This document shows positions 38,900-48,764 of a stretch of DNA of 64,000 bases, piece after piece. The stretch comes from Methanobacteriota archaeon. Its GTDB lineage: Archaea; Thermoplasmatota; E2; DHVEG-1. The stretch is from contig CAVYNH010000006.1 in assembly GCA_963769885.1 (NCBI GenBank), positions 480,001 to 544,000 of the forward strand, written 5' to 3'. The notes beneath the pieces are model-generated. The model had not been told where the DNA came from. It saw nothing but the letters and a program-made list of their open reading frames with translations, and searched no databases. Position 1 is the stretch's first letter, and each line of letters begins with the position of its first letter. Position numbers and translations under genes: made by a program.

Positions 38900-39079
38900 A
38901 TCCGAGGGTCCTGCCCTCTAACCGCCTCAAGCGACAGCCTTTCGCCGTCCCTTGAGTCTTTCTTCCCATTTTCTCCTTCGCTATACTCGTTTTCGGTTCT
39001 TCAGGCAGGGTTCCTGACTTGGTTCTCCCCGTTCTTCTACCACAATCTCCATAAACAGCCGATAAGTTATCCTATCCCC

Positions 39080-40162
39080 GTGGACCCTCCCCCAAAACGG
39101 CCGAAGGTCAAGCTCTACACGGTCATCAGCCTTACCCTTAGCCTTCTCATCATCGTTCTTGTCCTGTACTTCACTATCAGCCCGGATACCGTGAACAAGC
39201 TATCCCAGGTGCAAATCCATTATGAGTTCTTCGTCTTCGCGATCCTATTGAACATCGCGTCCTGGGTGCTGTGGGGCTGGCGTCTCCAAGTCCTCGCCCG
39301 GTCGTTGGATCCAACGGTTCAGATTAGTCTCTGGGAAGGGACCCGTATCGTTATCGCAAACTTGTTTCTGGCGAGCATCACCCCGGCGCTTGCGGGCGGT
39401 GAGCCGCTTCGGATCTATCTCTTGAAAAAAGATGGGATGAGTATTGGAGGAGCGACCGCCGCGATCATCGGGGAACGCCTCATTGACGCCCTCTTAATCT
39501 TGATCCTCCTGCCGTTCGCGTTCCTTATCTTTAAAGACCGACTCAATAGCCCGATGGTCGCCTGGGGTGCGGGGATTGGTATCGCTGTATTCATCGTGTT
39601 TATCGTCCTCTTCCTCTATGCGTTACGAAACCCGGAGCGGATAAAGCGATTTCTTCTCTATCTCAATGAAAGGTTTTCGCGGTTGAGGAAAAAGAAGGAA
39701 GATTCGGCTGAGTCAGCGAAGTCCGTTTCGTTTATCAGTCGCGAGGTTGACAGCTTTTCCTCCAGCATGCGGTTCTTGACGGGTAAGGGGAAACGGGCGT
39801 TCTTGTACGTCAGCCTCCTGACGGTCGCTTTCTGGGGGGTCTCGTTCATGATTCCGTCAATGTTGCTGCGCGGCCTAGGATTGCCACCGTTCGTCATCGA
39901 ATCCTATGCGGCGCAGCTGATCTTGCTGATTATCGTGATGATGCCGACGACGCCGGGGAGCAGCGGCATTGCGGAGATTAGTATCAGCGGGTTGTACAGC
40001 GTCATCATCGGCGCGACCAATGGGTACCTGCTTGGAGTCTTCGTCCTCCTCTTCCGATTGATCACCTACCATATGAATTTGATCGCGGGGGCGATCTTCC
40101 AGTATCGGATCTTCAAATCGTTGACCTCGTTCACGTTCGACGCGCTGTCTAAGGATGATTGA
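39080..40162 (+). CDS. Lysylphosphatidylglycerol-synthase TM / flippase-like (UPF0104) protein
   Basis: ITP...GGEP, ERL.D, PTTPGSSG.AE, FRLITY. Confidence 0.85.
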   Translation: MDPPPKRPKVKLYTVISLTLSLLIIVLVLYFTISPDTVNKLSQVQIHYEFFVFAILLNIASWVLWGWRLQVLARSLDPTVQISLWEGTRIVIANLFLASITPALAGGEPLRIYLLKKDGMSIGGATAAIIGERLIDALLILILLPFAFLIFKDRLNSPMVAWGAGIGIAVFIVFIVLFLYALRNPERIKRFLLYLNERFSRLRKKKEDSAESAKSVSFISREVDSFSSSMRFLTGKGKRAFLYVSLLTVAFWGVSFMIPSMLLRGLGLPPFVIESYAAQLILLIIVMMPTTPGSSGIAEISISGLYSVIIGATNGYLLGVFVLLFRLITYHMNLIAGAIFQYRIFKSLTSFTFDALSKDD

Positions 40163-40199
40163 GATATCATTTTAAATACGCCATGAGCTGTGGGGTGAT

Positions 40200-40835
40200 G
40201 TGTCCGCTCTCTCGGATTTCTTCGGCATAATCGCCAACTTCATTCTGGCCACGATTTCGGTGCTGGGATATGGCGGCTTGTTTGTCATGATGGTCTTGGA
40301 GAGTATGGTGTTCCCTGCGCCATCGGAGCTGATCATGCCGTTCGCCGGGTTCATCGCCTACCAAGGGAACTTTAACTTGATTCTCGTCATCGTGGTAAGC
40401 ACGCTCGGCAGCATCGTGGGGTCGGTGGCCTCGTATTATATCGGGAAGCGGTGGGGCACGAAACTTGTGATATTGTACGGGAAGTACATGCTCATCGGTA
40501 CAGATGATCTGCAGAAGACGGAGACATGGTTCCGGAAGCGTGGTGAGCTGACGGTGTTCGTGACCAGGCTGGTGCCGGTGATTAGGCATCTGATCTCCTT
40601 GGTCGCTGGTGTGGCGGAGATGGATTTCAAGAAGTTCGTCGTGTATACGCTGCTGGGGGCGGCAGTATGGAACTCGCTGATGGCCTATTTCGGGTTCTAT
40701 CTGGGGGAGAATTGGCATTTGATTACCCAGTACGCGGATGAGATCTCCGTCGTCGTGGTTATTTTGATCATCATCGGCGGGATGTGGTTCATTGTCCGTC
40801 ATCTTCTTCGGCGACGGAAAATGCAGCTGGGGTAG
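40200..40835 (+). CDS. dedA: DedA family membrane protein
   Basis: LES..FPAPSE...PFAG, RLVPVIRHLIS..AG. Confidence 0.9.
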   Translation: MSALSDFFGIIANFILATISVLGYGGLFVMMVLESMVFPAPSELIMPFAGFIAYQGNFNLILVIVVSTLGSIVGSVASYYIGKRWGTKLVILYGKYMLIGTDDLQKTETWFRKRGELTVFVTRLVPVIRHLISLVAGVAEMDFKKFVVYTLLGAAVWNSLMAYFGFYLGENWHLITQYADEISVVVVILIIIGGMWFIVRHLLRRRKMQLG

Positions 40836-41033
40836 GAAGCTTCCTTCTTTGTTTCGCTTTGAACAAAAATCTTATTGGTTCTGTGCGGGATTCAGGTCTT
40901 CATCCTAGTGGGACTGCATGAGTGATTCACCGAATCGGCTATGGTAATTCTTGTTCCAGTGGCGTCCTATGGATAAATCGGGGGTCGGTCCAAAAATAAA
41001 GGTGAGGGTTTTAGGAGATTCCCTAGACGAGAA

Positions 41034-41106
41034 TGGGCCCGTTGAGATTTGAACTCAAGTCACTTGCACCCCAAGCAAGAAGGATACCAAGCTACCCCAC
41101 GGGCCC
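41034..41106 (-). tRNA. tRNA-Pro(GGG)
   Basis: Reverse complement GGGCCCG...CTTGC-TTGGGGT-GCAAG...GTTCAAATC...CGGGCCCA. Confidence 0.95.
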
Positions 41107-41251
41107 AGGAGAAACTGGCCGGGTGCTGACCAAGGGTGCATGCTGACAAGCCTTAATATAGTTTTTACTCACCCAGACAATATATTATTCTTCTTTCCTT
41201 AGTGAAAGCGAGACCTGAGCCAAGGGTGTTTCCGTAAACCGATATTTTAAT

Positions 41252-42433
41252 ATGCAAGGACCTCATTCGTTACAATGGAGGAGGACGCCCCTGATAAGGC
41301 AATATTTACTACAAAAGCACTCTCTTAAGATGAGTTGGCTCTTGATTATATTGGTTATGGCATCGATGTTGTTTACAAATATCCCTACCATGCCGGTGCG
41401 TGGAACCCATTGCAGTCTCGATTATACGCACGACGTCAGCATCACCATCACAGCGCCGACAAAAGCCATCCACTACAAAGCGCCAGGCACGCAAAATATC
41501 AGCGGCACCGCTAAAAACAATGGGACTTCCCCTGAGACTGGGCTCGTCGCAACAGCCGCCTTCAACAATTCCGCCCATGAGTACTACAACAATTCCATCA
41601 GCGGAATCACCCTCGCGGCCGGTGACCAACAAGAGCTTTCCTTCCCTAACTTCACGTTCATGTGTGAGGACGTCTACACCCTCCGAATGAGCCTACCACT
41701 CGCCACCGACGAGGATCCGACCAACAACGCTCAGAGCATCACCCTCGGCATTGACGCCACCCCGCCCGTCGTCCAGATCATCGTCGACCCCCCGAACCCG
41801 AACGGACAGAACGGCTGGTACATCACCAACCCCAGCATCAGTTTCAACGTCTACGATCCTCCTTTGAATGGAACGAGCGTCCCAGGATCGGGAATCGCCA
41901 GCATCATGTTCAAGATTGACGACGGGTGTTGGATGACATACACAGGACCATTTGTCATTACAGCTGACGGCACGCATAGCATCACAGTCATGGCAATTGA
42001 CAGAGTCGGCAATATAGGGATGTCGGAAATCTTATCCTATAAAGTCGACACCCATAACCCAACAATCACCCTGAGCAAGAAGATAGGGTTCAATTCAATT
42101 ACTTTCACCGCAAACGTCTCTGATTTCGGCAGCGGCGTAGAACGGGTCGTCTTTTCCACGGATTATGAACAAGTAACCATCTATGAGCCTGGCCCATACA
42201 TCTGGAGGCTCAGCCCCATACCGGGCCCAAACGGAACCAACGTGAAGGCCCAAGTCTTTGACTACGCCGGCCGCAGCTCTATCGTATTTTCGGGATCCAT
42301 CACCCCTCAAGCCGCACCACAGCCTCAGCAATGCCAGAGCACACTCTTATGCTGGGCAAACGCTCGAGGAAGACCCCAACTCATCTTGGGCCGGTACCAT
42401 ATCTCTGGTAGAAACATCATTACTCTGTCCTAA
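41252..42433 (+). CDS. Secreted Ig-like protein (CARDB-like plus OmpL47-type modules)
   Basis: Signal peptide; DEDPTNN; P.GQNGWY; DGTHSI...DRVGN; start uncertain (41252, 41291 or 41330). Confidence 0.75.
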   Translation: MQGPHSLQWRRTPLIRQYLLQKHSLKMSWLLIILVMASMLFTNIPTMPVRGTHCSLDYTHDVSITITAPTKAIHYKAPGTQNISGTAKNNGTSPETGLVATAAFNNSAHEYYNNSISGITLAAGDQQELSFPNFTFMCEDVYTLRMSLPLATDEDPTNNAQSITLGIDATPPVVQIIVDPPNPNGQNGWYITNPSISFNVYDPPLNGTSVPGSGIASIMFKIDDGCWMTYTGPFVITADGTHSITVMAIDRVGNIGMSEILSYKVDTHNPTITLSKKIGFNSITFTANVSDFGSGVERVVFSTDYEQVTIYEPGPYIWRLSPIPGPNGTNVKAQVFDYAGRSSIVFSGSITPQAAPQPQQCQSTLLCWANARGRPQLILGRYHISGRNIITLS

Positions 42434-42595
42434 TCGCGACCAGAACCTTCAGGGAGGTCTATTTCGTCGTCTTTCAAGAGACCTTTGCCGAAGTTGACGC
42501 TACCCACCCCTTTAAGGGTCAGAGCCACATCACGTGGTCCGCACGCTCTTTTTCACATCCTTTAATATCATCCACTTGCTTCCCCATAGACAACC

Positions 42596-42868
42596 ATGAA
42601 CATCGACCCCATCACCCTCATCGGCGTCGCCGCCGGCGCCATCACCTCCATCGGCTTCATCCCCCAGATCCTCAAAGGCCTCAGGACCAAACGACTCACC
42701 GACGTCTCCTACGGCATGCCCGCACTCCTCGCCTTCGGCATGGGCCTGTGGCTCTCCTACGGCATCCTCCGTGATGACGTGGCCATCATCGCCGCCAACG
42801 CCGTCGGCGTCACCTGCAACCTCCTCCTCGTCATCCTCAAATACCGATACGACCACCCCCGCCCCTAA
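42596..42868 (+). CDS. SemiSWEET / PQ-loop transporter
   Basis: FIPQILK...DVS, WLSYG, AN. Confidence 0.9.
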   Translation: MNIDPITLIGVAAGAITSIGFIPQILKGLRTKRLTDVSYGMPALLAFGMGLWLSYGILRDDVAIIAANAVGVTCNLLLVILKYRYDHPRP

Positions 42869-42973
42869 CCGGCAATTATTAAATACTACCGCCCCGCATA
42901 TCCCCGCCTGCCTCAGGGAAACACCCCCCTCAGACCTCCAGAGGACGTCCCTCTGGCCACGCTGCGAGACCGC

Positions 42974-43597
42974 ATGACCACTCCTCAGCCCACCCGCTCT
43001 CGCTCGACCCTTGCGGTCCTCATTAAACTCATCTCCAACTCGTTCTGGGAATTCGCCGACTACTGCGCCTACAAAAGCGAAGGCGCCGCCCGCCTCTACG
43101 ACAACCGCATCGGCGGCGACTACAAAGAAGAATACGAACGCTGCGGCATCGCGACCGCAGTCAACATCCTCCACATCGGCTGCGGCGCCTACCCTCTCAC
43201 CGAGATGGTCCTCGCCTCCGTCAGCTACGGACATGTCACCGGCATCGACAAAAACCCCTCCACCGTCACCAAAGCCCAACACGTCATCACCCGCCGACGC
43301 CTCACCGACCGCATCACCATCCACCACGGCGACGGCCTCACCTACCCGATCACCGCCTTCGACGCCGTCATTGTCTCCAGCTGCAGCATCCCCAAAATCG
43401 AGATCCTCGAACACCTCTCACAGACCACTAGCCCCCGCACCAACATCATCGTCCGCGAAGTCGACATCGCCTGCGCCGACATCGACCACTTCCTCGCCTC
43501 CCACCCCGAGATGACCACCCTGCAGCGCATCCGCCACAACCCCTTCCCATTCATCGAACCCATGGGCTGGGTCACCTTCCATATCCAGAAGCGATAA
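42974..43597 (+). CDS. Nicotianamine-synthase-like class I SAM-dependent enzyme (copy A)
   Basis: ILHIGCGAYPLT, GID, GDG..YP...FDAVIV, PK.EIL.HL, IIVR. Confidence 0.7.
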   Translation: MTTPQPTRSRSTLAVLIKLISNSFWEFADYCAYKSEGAARLYDNRIGGDYKEEYERCGIATAVNILHIGCGAYPLTEMVLASVSYGHVTGIDKNPSTVTKAQHVITRRRLTDRITIHHGDGLTYPITAFDAVIVSSCSIPKIEILEHLSQTTSPRTNIIVREVDIACADIDHFLASHPEMTTLQRIRHNPFPFIEPMGWVTFHIQKR

Positions 43598-43635
43598 TCT
43601 TTTTACCATCCCTCTTCGTTTCCCTCCTCGACCCA

Positions 43636-44658
43636 ATGCCTGATCAAACCCCGACCGAGACCCAACCTCGGTATCACAACCGCATCCTCAATTTCATAGC
43701 CACCTGGCGGTCCTTCCCTGCCTATGAGATGCTCAGCTACCTCTTCATGTACGCAGGCGCGGTCATGTTCGCCTACGGCATCCATCGCTACACCCCCCAG
43801 ACCTACCTCATCCTTATCCTAGCAATGGCGACGATGTACGCCGGATTCTTCGCCGCCGTCATCTGGAACGACATCACGGACCAGGACATCGACGCGGTCG
43901 TCCACCCGAACCGACCCATTCCTGGGAGCCGGATCTCACCGCGGCGGTTCTTCGCCATCGCCCTGGTATTCTCCGCCATGACGTTCCTGTTCGCCCTCCT
44001 CGTCAGCCCCTGGTGCTTCATCCTCGTGGGGACCGCCGCGCTCTTCGTCGCCGTCCACAACAAGTATCTGAAAAAAATAGTGAAATTTCCTGCTTACTCC
44101 GAGATTTTCACCCCGGTGCAATGGATCGTCGTCCCCTTATTCGGCTTCTTCGCCGTCTGGTCCGCGCTCCCAACTTGTGTGGATTTCACGATCACCGCGC
44201 CCCTGCTCGGCTCGTTGTCGATCGCGCGGGCGGACCTGCTGCCCATGGCCCTACTCGTGTTGTTTACCTATTTCACGGACGATGCCCATGACCTCGCGGA
44301 AGGCATCCATGATGCCGACGGCGACCGCCGGACCGGCGTGCGGACCTACGCGACCTCGTTCGGGCCACGGGTTGCGGCAGCCGTCTCGTTTTCCATGTTC
44401 CTCCTCTCCGGCATCCTCGGAATCCTCCTCTATCTCTACTCACTCCTCACCTTGGTTTTCCTTCTCCCATTCCTCGCCTTCTGGGGATACACGCTCTTCT
44501 TCTCTATCCAGTTGCTGCGGGAAAAAGATCCACAGCAACAAAAAGACATCGGGACAATCGTCGGCAGAAAAGGCTACAACCTTCTGTTGGTATCCTACGT
44601 GCTCATCTTCGTCGACGTCCTCATCCAGCTTCTGCTTAGCACGCCGAGAGGCTGCTAA
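43636..44658 (+). CDS. UbiA-family prenyltransferase (copy A)
   Basis: NDITDQDID...PNRPIP; IHDADGD...GVRT. Confidence 0.88.
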   Translation: MPDQTPTETQPRYHNRILNFIATWRSFPAYEMLSYLFMYAGAVMFAYGIHRYTPQTYLILILAMATMYAGFFAAVIWNDITDQDIDAVVHPNRPIPGSRISPRRFFAIALVFSAMTFLFALLVSPWCFILVGTAALFVAVHNKYLKKIVKFPAYSEIFTPVQWIVVPLFGFFAVWSALPTCVDFTITAPLLGSLSIARADLLPMALLVLFTYFTDDAHDLAEGIHDADGDRRTGVRTYATSFGPRVAAAVSFSMFLLSGILGILLYLYSLLTLVFLLPFLAFWGYTLFFSIQLLREKDPQQQKDIGTIVGRKGYNLLLVSYVLIFVDVLIQLLLSTPRGC

Positions 44659-45581
44659 ACAGTTGGGGCGAGGAGCTTGAGAAGGAGCGCCAGCTGCGCC
44701 CACAGCCGGTTCTCCGCCTCGTCGATGATAACGGACTGCGGGCCATGGGCCACGTCCTTGGTGACCTCTTCGCCGTAATAAATGGGCATGCAGTGCATGA
44801 AGATGGCGTCGGGCTTCGCCTTGCTCATCACCTCGGCGGTGACCGTATAGTCTTTGAGGTCCGCGAGGCGTTTCTTGCGATCCTGTTCGTACCAAAACGA
44901 GACCCAGGTGTCAGTCGCCACGACATCGGATGAGGCGACGGCATCGAGATCCGAGGTCACGGTAATGGTATGGTGCTTCGCTGCCGCGATCTCTTTCGCC
45001 TTCTGCACGTAAGAGTCGGCAGGCCAATAGGCCTTCGGGGCGATCACGGTCACGTCCATGCCCGTCAAGGCACAGCCGAGGAGGTAGGAATGCGTGAGAT
45101 TATCATCGCCGTCGCCGATGAAGGTGAAGTGAAGGCCCTCCAACCGGCCTTTTTTCTCCTTGATGGTCATGAGGTCCGCGAGGATCTGGCAAGGATGCTC
45201 GTACCGGTCCAGACCGTTGATGACGGGGACGGTCGCAGCCGCCGCGAGCCCTTGGAGCCTCTTTTCATCGATCGCCCGGTACATGATGGCGTCCACGTAG
45301 CGGGACATGACCAAGGCGACATCCTCGGGCGTCTCCCGGGTGCCGATGCCGATTTCGTCCTTTGAGAGAAAGATTGCATGGCCACCGAGCATCGTCATGC
45401 CGACTTCGAAGGAGATCCGGGTGCGGGTCGAGGCCCGCTCGAAGATCATGGCAAGGGTCTTCCCCTGGAGGTACGGGGTGTGCTTCCCGGCTTTCTTCAC
45501 CTGTTTTAGGCGGATGCCGAGGTCGATGATGCTGGTGATCTCGTCTTTCACATCGAGGATTGAAAGCACGTTTTTCTTCAT
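44655..45581 (-). CDS. argF: Ornithine carbamoyltransferase-family protein with altered acceptor motifs
   Basis: STRTR, HPCQ, HCMP, EAENR; DTWVSFW replaces DxWxSMG. Confidence 0.75.
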   Translation of the reverse strand: MKKNVLSILDVKDEITSIIDLGIRLKQVKKAGKHTPYLQGKTLAMIFERASTRTRISFEVGMTMLGGHAIFLSKDEIGIGTRETPEDVALVMSRYVDAIMYRAIDEKRLQGLAAAATVPVINGLDRYEHPCQILADLMTIKEKKGRLEGLHFTFIGDGDDNLTHSYLLGCALTGMDVTVIAPKAYWPADSYVQKAKEIAAAKHHTITVTSDLDAVASSDVVATDTWVSFWYEQDRKKRLADLKDYTVTAEVMSKAKPDAIFMHCMPIYYGEEVTKDVAHGPQSVIIDEAENRLWAQLALLLKLLAPTV

Positions 45582-45648
45582 GGAAGCAGGCTCCTTGTGA
45601 AATCCCCCTCCGTATATTAAGATTGTGAAGACCACCGAATCCAGAGCC

Positions 45649-46956
45649 TTATGGGAGGACGGTCTCCCTCGGGATCGAACTCGGATTAATTGCGGTATGC
45701 TGCCTGGAGAACCGGGGAGGGATGAGCTGCAGGGTCGTCGAGGTCTTCCTCTTCTTCGGATGCGACTCGACCTCCATCGTCAGCCCGAGGCCTTTGGGGG
45801 GTTTGAGGAAGGTGAAGCGGACGGCGCTGTGCCCATGCCGGGGTGCCTCGCGTAGGGGCTCGTTCTTGCACAGGCCCGTGAGAGGGACCGCATGGTCGCG
45901 GTCGGTGAAGGTGCCCTCGATTCTGCCGGGGAGTTCGCAGAGGACGTAGGCGGTGAAGAACTTCTTTCGTCTGGGGAGGTCGATGTATTCGTAGGATTCG
46001 CAGGTGGAGGTGAAGCGGAGGCGGAGGGTCTTGTCGTCGAGCCTGCCGAAGAGTTCGAGGTCGCTGGGGTAGTAGACGTCGTGGTCTTTGATGTAGCGGA
46101 CCTTGTTGTATTTGAAGTGGAGGTCGCAGAATTCGAGGTAGTGTCTGCCGTCGGCGGTGAGGTAGAGGGGGCCGAAGCAGGGGCCCTGGGTGAGCCAGAG
46201 GAGGGTGTTGCCGAAGAAGAAGCTCCAGTCGTTGTCGAAGACGCCCCAGAGCCAGTCGAAGCTCATCGGGTTGTTGTCGGTGGCGAAGCCGATCTTGGTG
46301 GGGAGATGGTGGTGGTGTTGGGAGAGCCACCAGTAGCCGAGGCGCAGGTAGGTGCCTAGGGTTTTGGGGACGCCGCTGACGGCCTGTAGCGGGTTTTCGT
46401 AGGACCAGTTGCCGTAGGCGTGCTCGAAGTAGCCTTTGCCGGTGAGAGTACGAGTCATCCCTTGGTGGGTCATGGTGCCGGTGAGGGTGAGGTGGGGGAT
46501 GAAGCCGTAGCGGTAGTGGTTCAGGCCAGCGGGGATGTAGCCGTTGGTGGTTTCCTGGGTGATCCAGTGGGGCAGCGCGCGGGCATCCAGGGTGATGTCA
46601 GCGGAAAAGGCGGCGTCCGGGTCGTGGAGGCGGAGGCGGTACTGTGGGTACAAGCCCTGCAGCGTGTTGTGTTTGTACCGCAGGTCGACGCGGTTCTTCA
46701 CGGTCGTAAGCTCGGTGAGAGGATCGTTAAGGTCTTTGTGCAGGACGCACTTGTGTGTGGTGAGGTCGAAGAGGACGTGTTGGTAGAAGCAGGAGGGCGG
46801 CTCGTGGGTGACGGCGAACGAGGTCATCAGGTTCCAGAGGTGCTGGTCCTCCGGTGTCGTGAAGAAGAGCTCCGTGGTCCACCATTCCTTGCGGATGGGG
46901 GCATGGTCGCCTTCATCCTCGAGGGTCCAGGGGTTCATGGGGTCGCGTGGTTCCAT
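45649..46956 (-). CDS. CrtC/AttH/tocopherol-cyclase-fold protein (copy A, no signal peptide)
   Basis: KEWW, L.GT.T..G.....TGKGYFEHAYG, FDWLW, YP..LEL. Confidence 0.65.
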   Translation of the reverse strand: MEPRDPMNPWTLEDEGDHAPIRKEWWTTELFFTTPEDQHLWNLMTSFAVTHEPPSCFYQHVLFDLTTHKCVLHKDLNDPLTELTTVKNRVDLRYKHNTLQGLYPQYRLRLHDPDAAFSADITLDARALPHWITQETTNGYIPAGLNHYRYGFIPHLTLTGTMTHQGMTRTLTGKGYFEHAYGNWSYENPLQAVSGVPKTLGTYLRLGYWWLSQHHHHLPTKIGFATDNNPMSFDWLWGVFDNDWSFFFGNTLLWLTQGPCFGPLYLTADGRHYLEFCDLHFKYNKVRYIKDHDVYYPSDLELFGRLDDKTLRLRFTSTCESYEYIDLPRRKKFFTAYVLCELPGRIEGTFTDRDHAVPLTGLCKNEPLREAPRHGHSAVRFTFLKPPKGLGLTMEVESHPKKRKTSTTLQLIPPRFSRQHTAINPSSIPRETVLP

Positions 46957-47091
46957 AGCAACGGCTCTTGCGCGCCTTCGACATGCCGGCGCGGAAATAT
47001 AACCTTTGTCTCCCTTCGGTTGATAGGGAAGGAGGATTTTATTGAGTCTCATCAAAGGAATAAGAAAAAAGAAATCAGGCGTATTGCCTGA

Positions 47092-47997
47092 TTAATTGAT
47101 TACGTTGAACTGCCAAGAGGTGGCGAGCACGTGTTGATCGCTATCGACTAAGATGTTGCCGTTGGGGTCACGGAACGCGGCATAGACACGGTACACGCCC
47201 TCGCCATTCTTTAAATCCCCTGCCCGGACAAGACCATTGAAAATCTGGTCCAAGGCAAGCTGCTGCCCCGGTCCAATCATCCTGGGACTCGTTTCATTGA
47301 CCACATCATTATCAAGGATCCATTCCTTGGAATCATGGAACTGCACTTGAATCGAGAGATACCCACTGAGATTCGTGGTTCCCGTATTCTTGATCTTCGA
47401 CTGGTTCTCATGGACGATAACAAGCCTTGGCGCGAAATCAGCTCCTTGTTCACTGTTGAAGAAGTCGACGTATTCATCCCCGGTCGGTTGCAGAGCGCAG
47501 ATGTCACGGCTGCTGCGCAGGCAGAGCTTCGTCCAATGGCTTATATTGATCCATTTCTGGCTTCTGTTACCGATGAGCTCAATGTCGTTGTACCCTTCGA
47601 CGAGATTAGCGGTATTCAAGGTCCCACTAATGTTGCTGTAATATGCTTTGTTATAATCTGTTGACTCAAGAGGATCTTTGGGGTGATCCGGCTGCCCGCT
47701 CTGAACCTGGATATTGAAATCGGTGTCGGAGTTATCGCCAGCATTATAGAGACTGAGTGTCACATTGCGGATGACCATGTTGCTGGGAAGCATCGACGTA
47801 TTGAAATACACATAGCCACGGTTGATAGTATAGGTCTGGGAGACCTTGCTTTGGCCGATAAAAATATCATAACAGGGTGTCCATACTGCGCCGTTCTCTG
47901 ATGTCGCCTGCCATGCATCAATATAATTCTCTTCAGAATGGTGGAGAAAGCCATCACTACTGCTGGAATCCACGATCAATGTTGGATCAATGATGAC
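47092..47997 (-). pseudogene. 3' fragment of a secreted protein gene truncated at an IS junction
   Basis: Frame begins at PVIIDPT against transposase DNA; no start or signal peptide; intact C-terminus. Confidence 0.7.
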
Positions 47998-48677
47998 CGG
48001 GCTGGCTGCTGGAGACGGTCCCCGATGCGAACACCGCACAGGACCACATCGGGGACATCCCCGTCGCCTACCTCGCCGACCTGTTGCAGGAGACCGTCCG
48101 CGACATGGATGGATGCGGGATGACCGTGATCATCGACGCCACCGGGCTGTCGTTGAACCAGTACGGCCAGTGGATCCGCGTACGGAATGGGAAGCGGAAG
48201 GCGAAACGGAAATTCATCAAGGTCCACCTCGCCGTGGACAAAGGCAGCGGCAAGATCCTTGTCGGCCTCAGCTCCAAAGGCTGGAAGCATGACCACAAGT
48301 TTGGGGTCATGCTCGTCAAAGCGCTCCGCAGGCTCACGGCACGGTCCGGCGGGACAATCAAAGCAGAGCTGATGGACTCAGGGTATCTCTCACGGGAGAT
48401 GACCGATGAGGTCGAGCGATCCCAAGCGAAGCCGTACATCAAGATGAAGAGCAACTCGACCACGAAGGCCCGGCGGAGCCGGGCATGGAGGCAGAACATC
48501 CGCCTCCAGAAAAACCACCCGGAAGAGTTCATGAAAGAATACTGCTATCGGGTGGTCATCGAAGGGATTATCTCTGCCTTCAAGCGGGTGTTCGGATCGA
48601 TGCTGGCGTCGAAGAAACGACGCCATCAAGACATCGAGGTGCTTTGCAGGCTCATTCTATGGAACTGTATGCACTAA
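47998..48677 (+). pseudogene. tnp: IS5-family DDE transposase lacking its N-terminus, frameshift near 48045
   Basis: IDATG, FIKVHLAVD, DSGY, Y..R..IE...S..KR; upstream TPHRT lies in another frame. Confidence 0.8.
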
Positions 48678-48710
48678 AACAGGAGGAAGAACGAATTTAC
48701 GGGCAACACT
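47998..48710 (+). mobile_element. Truncated IS5-family (IS903-like) element
   Basis: Transposase fragment plus candidate right end GAATTTACGGGCAACACT (48693-48710); left end not found. Confidence 0.75.
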
Positions 48711-48764
48711 AAAAGAGTCTTAAGTTTTAAATAATCGAAGTGTAATTATTTATCTGAGATAATC

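Noticed and set aside
41034-41106. tRNA genes as integration sites for an island
   Set aside because: No integrase and no duplicated tRNA 3' end noticed for any of the four tRNAs.
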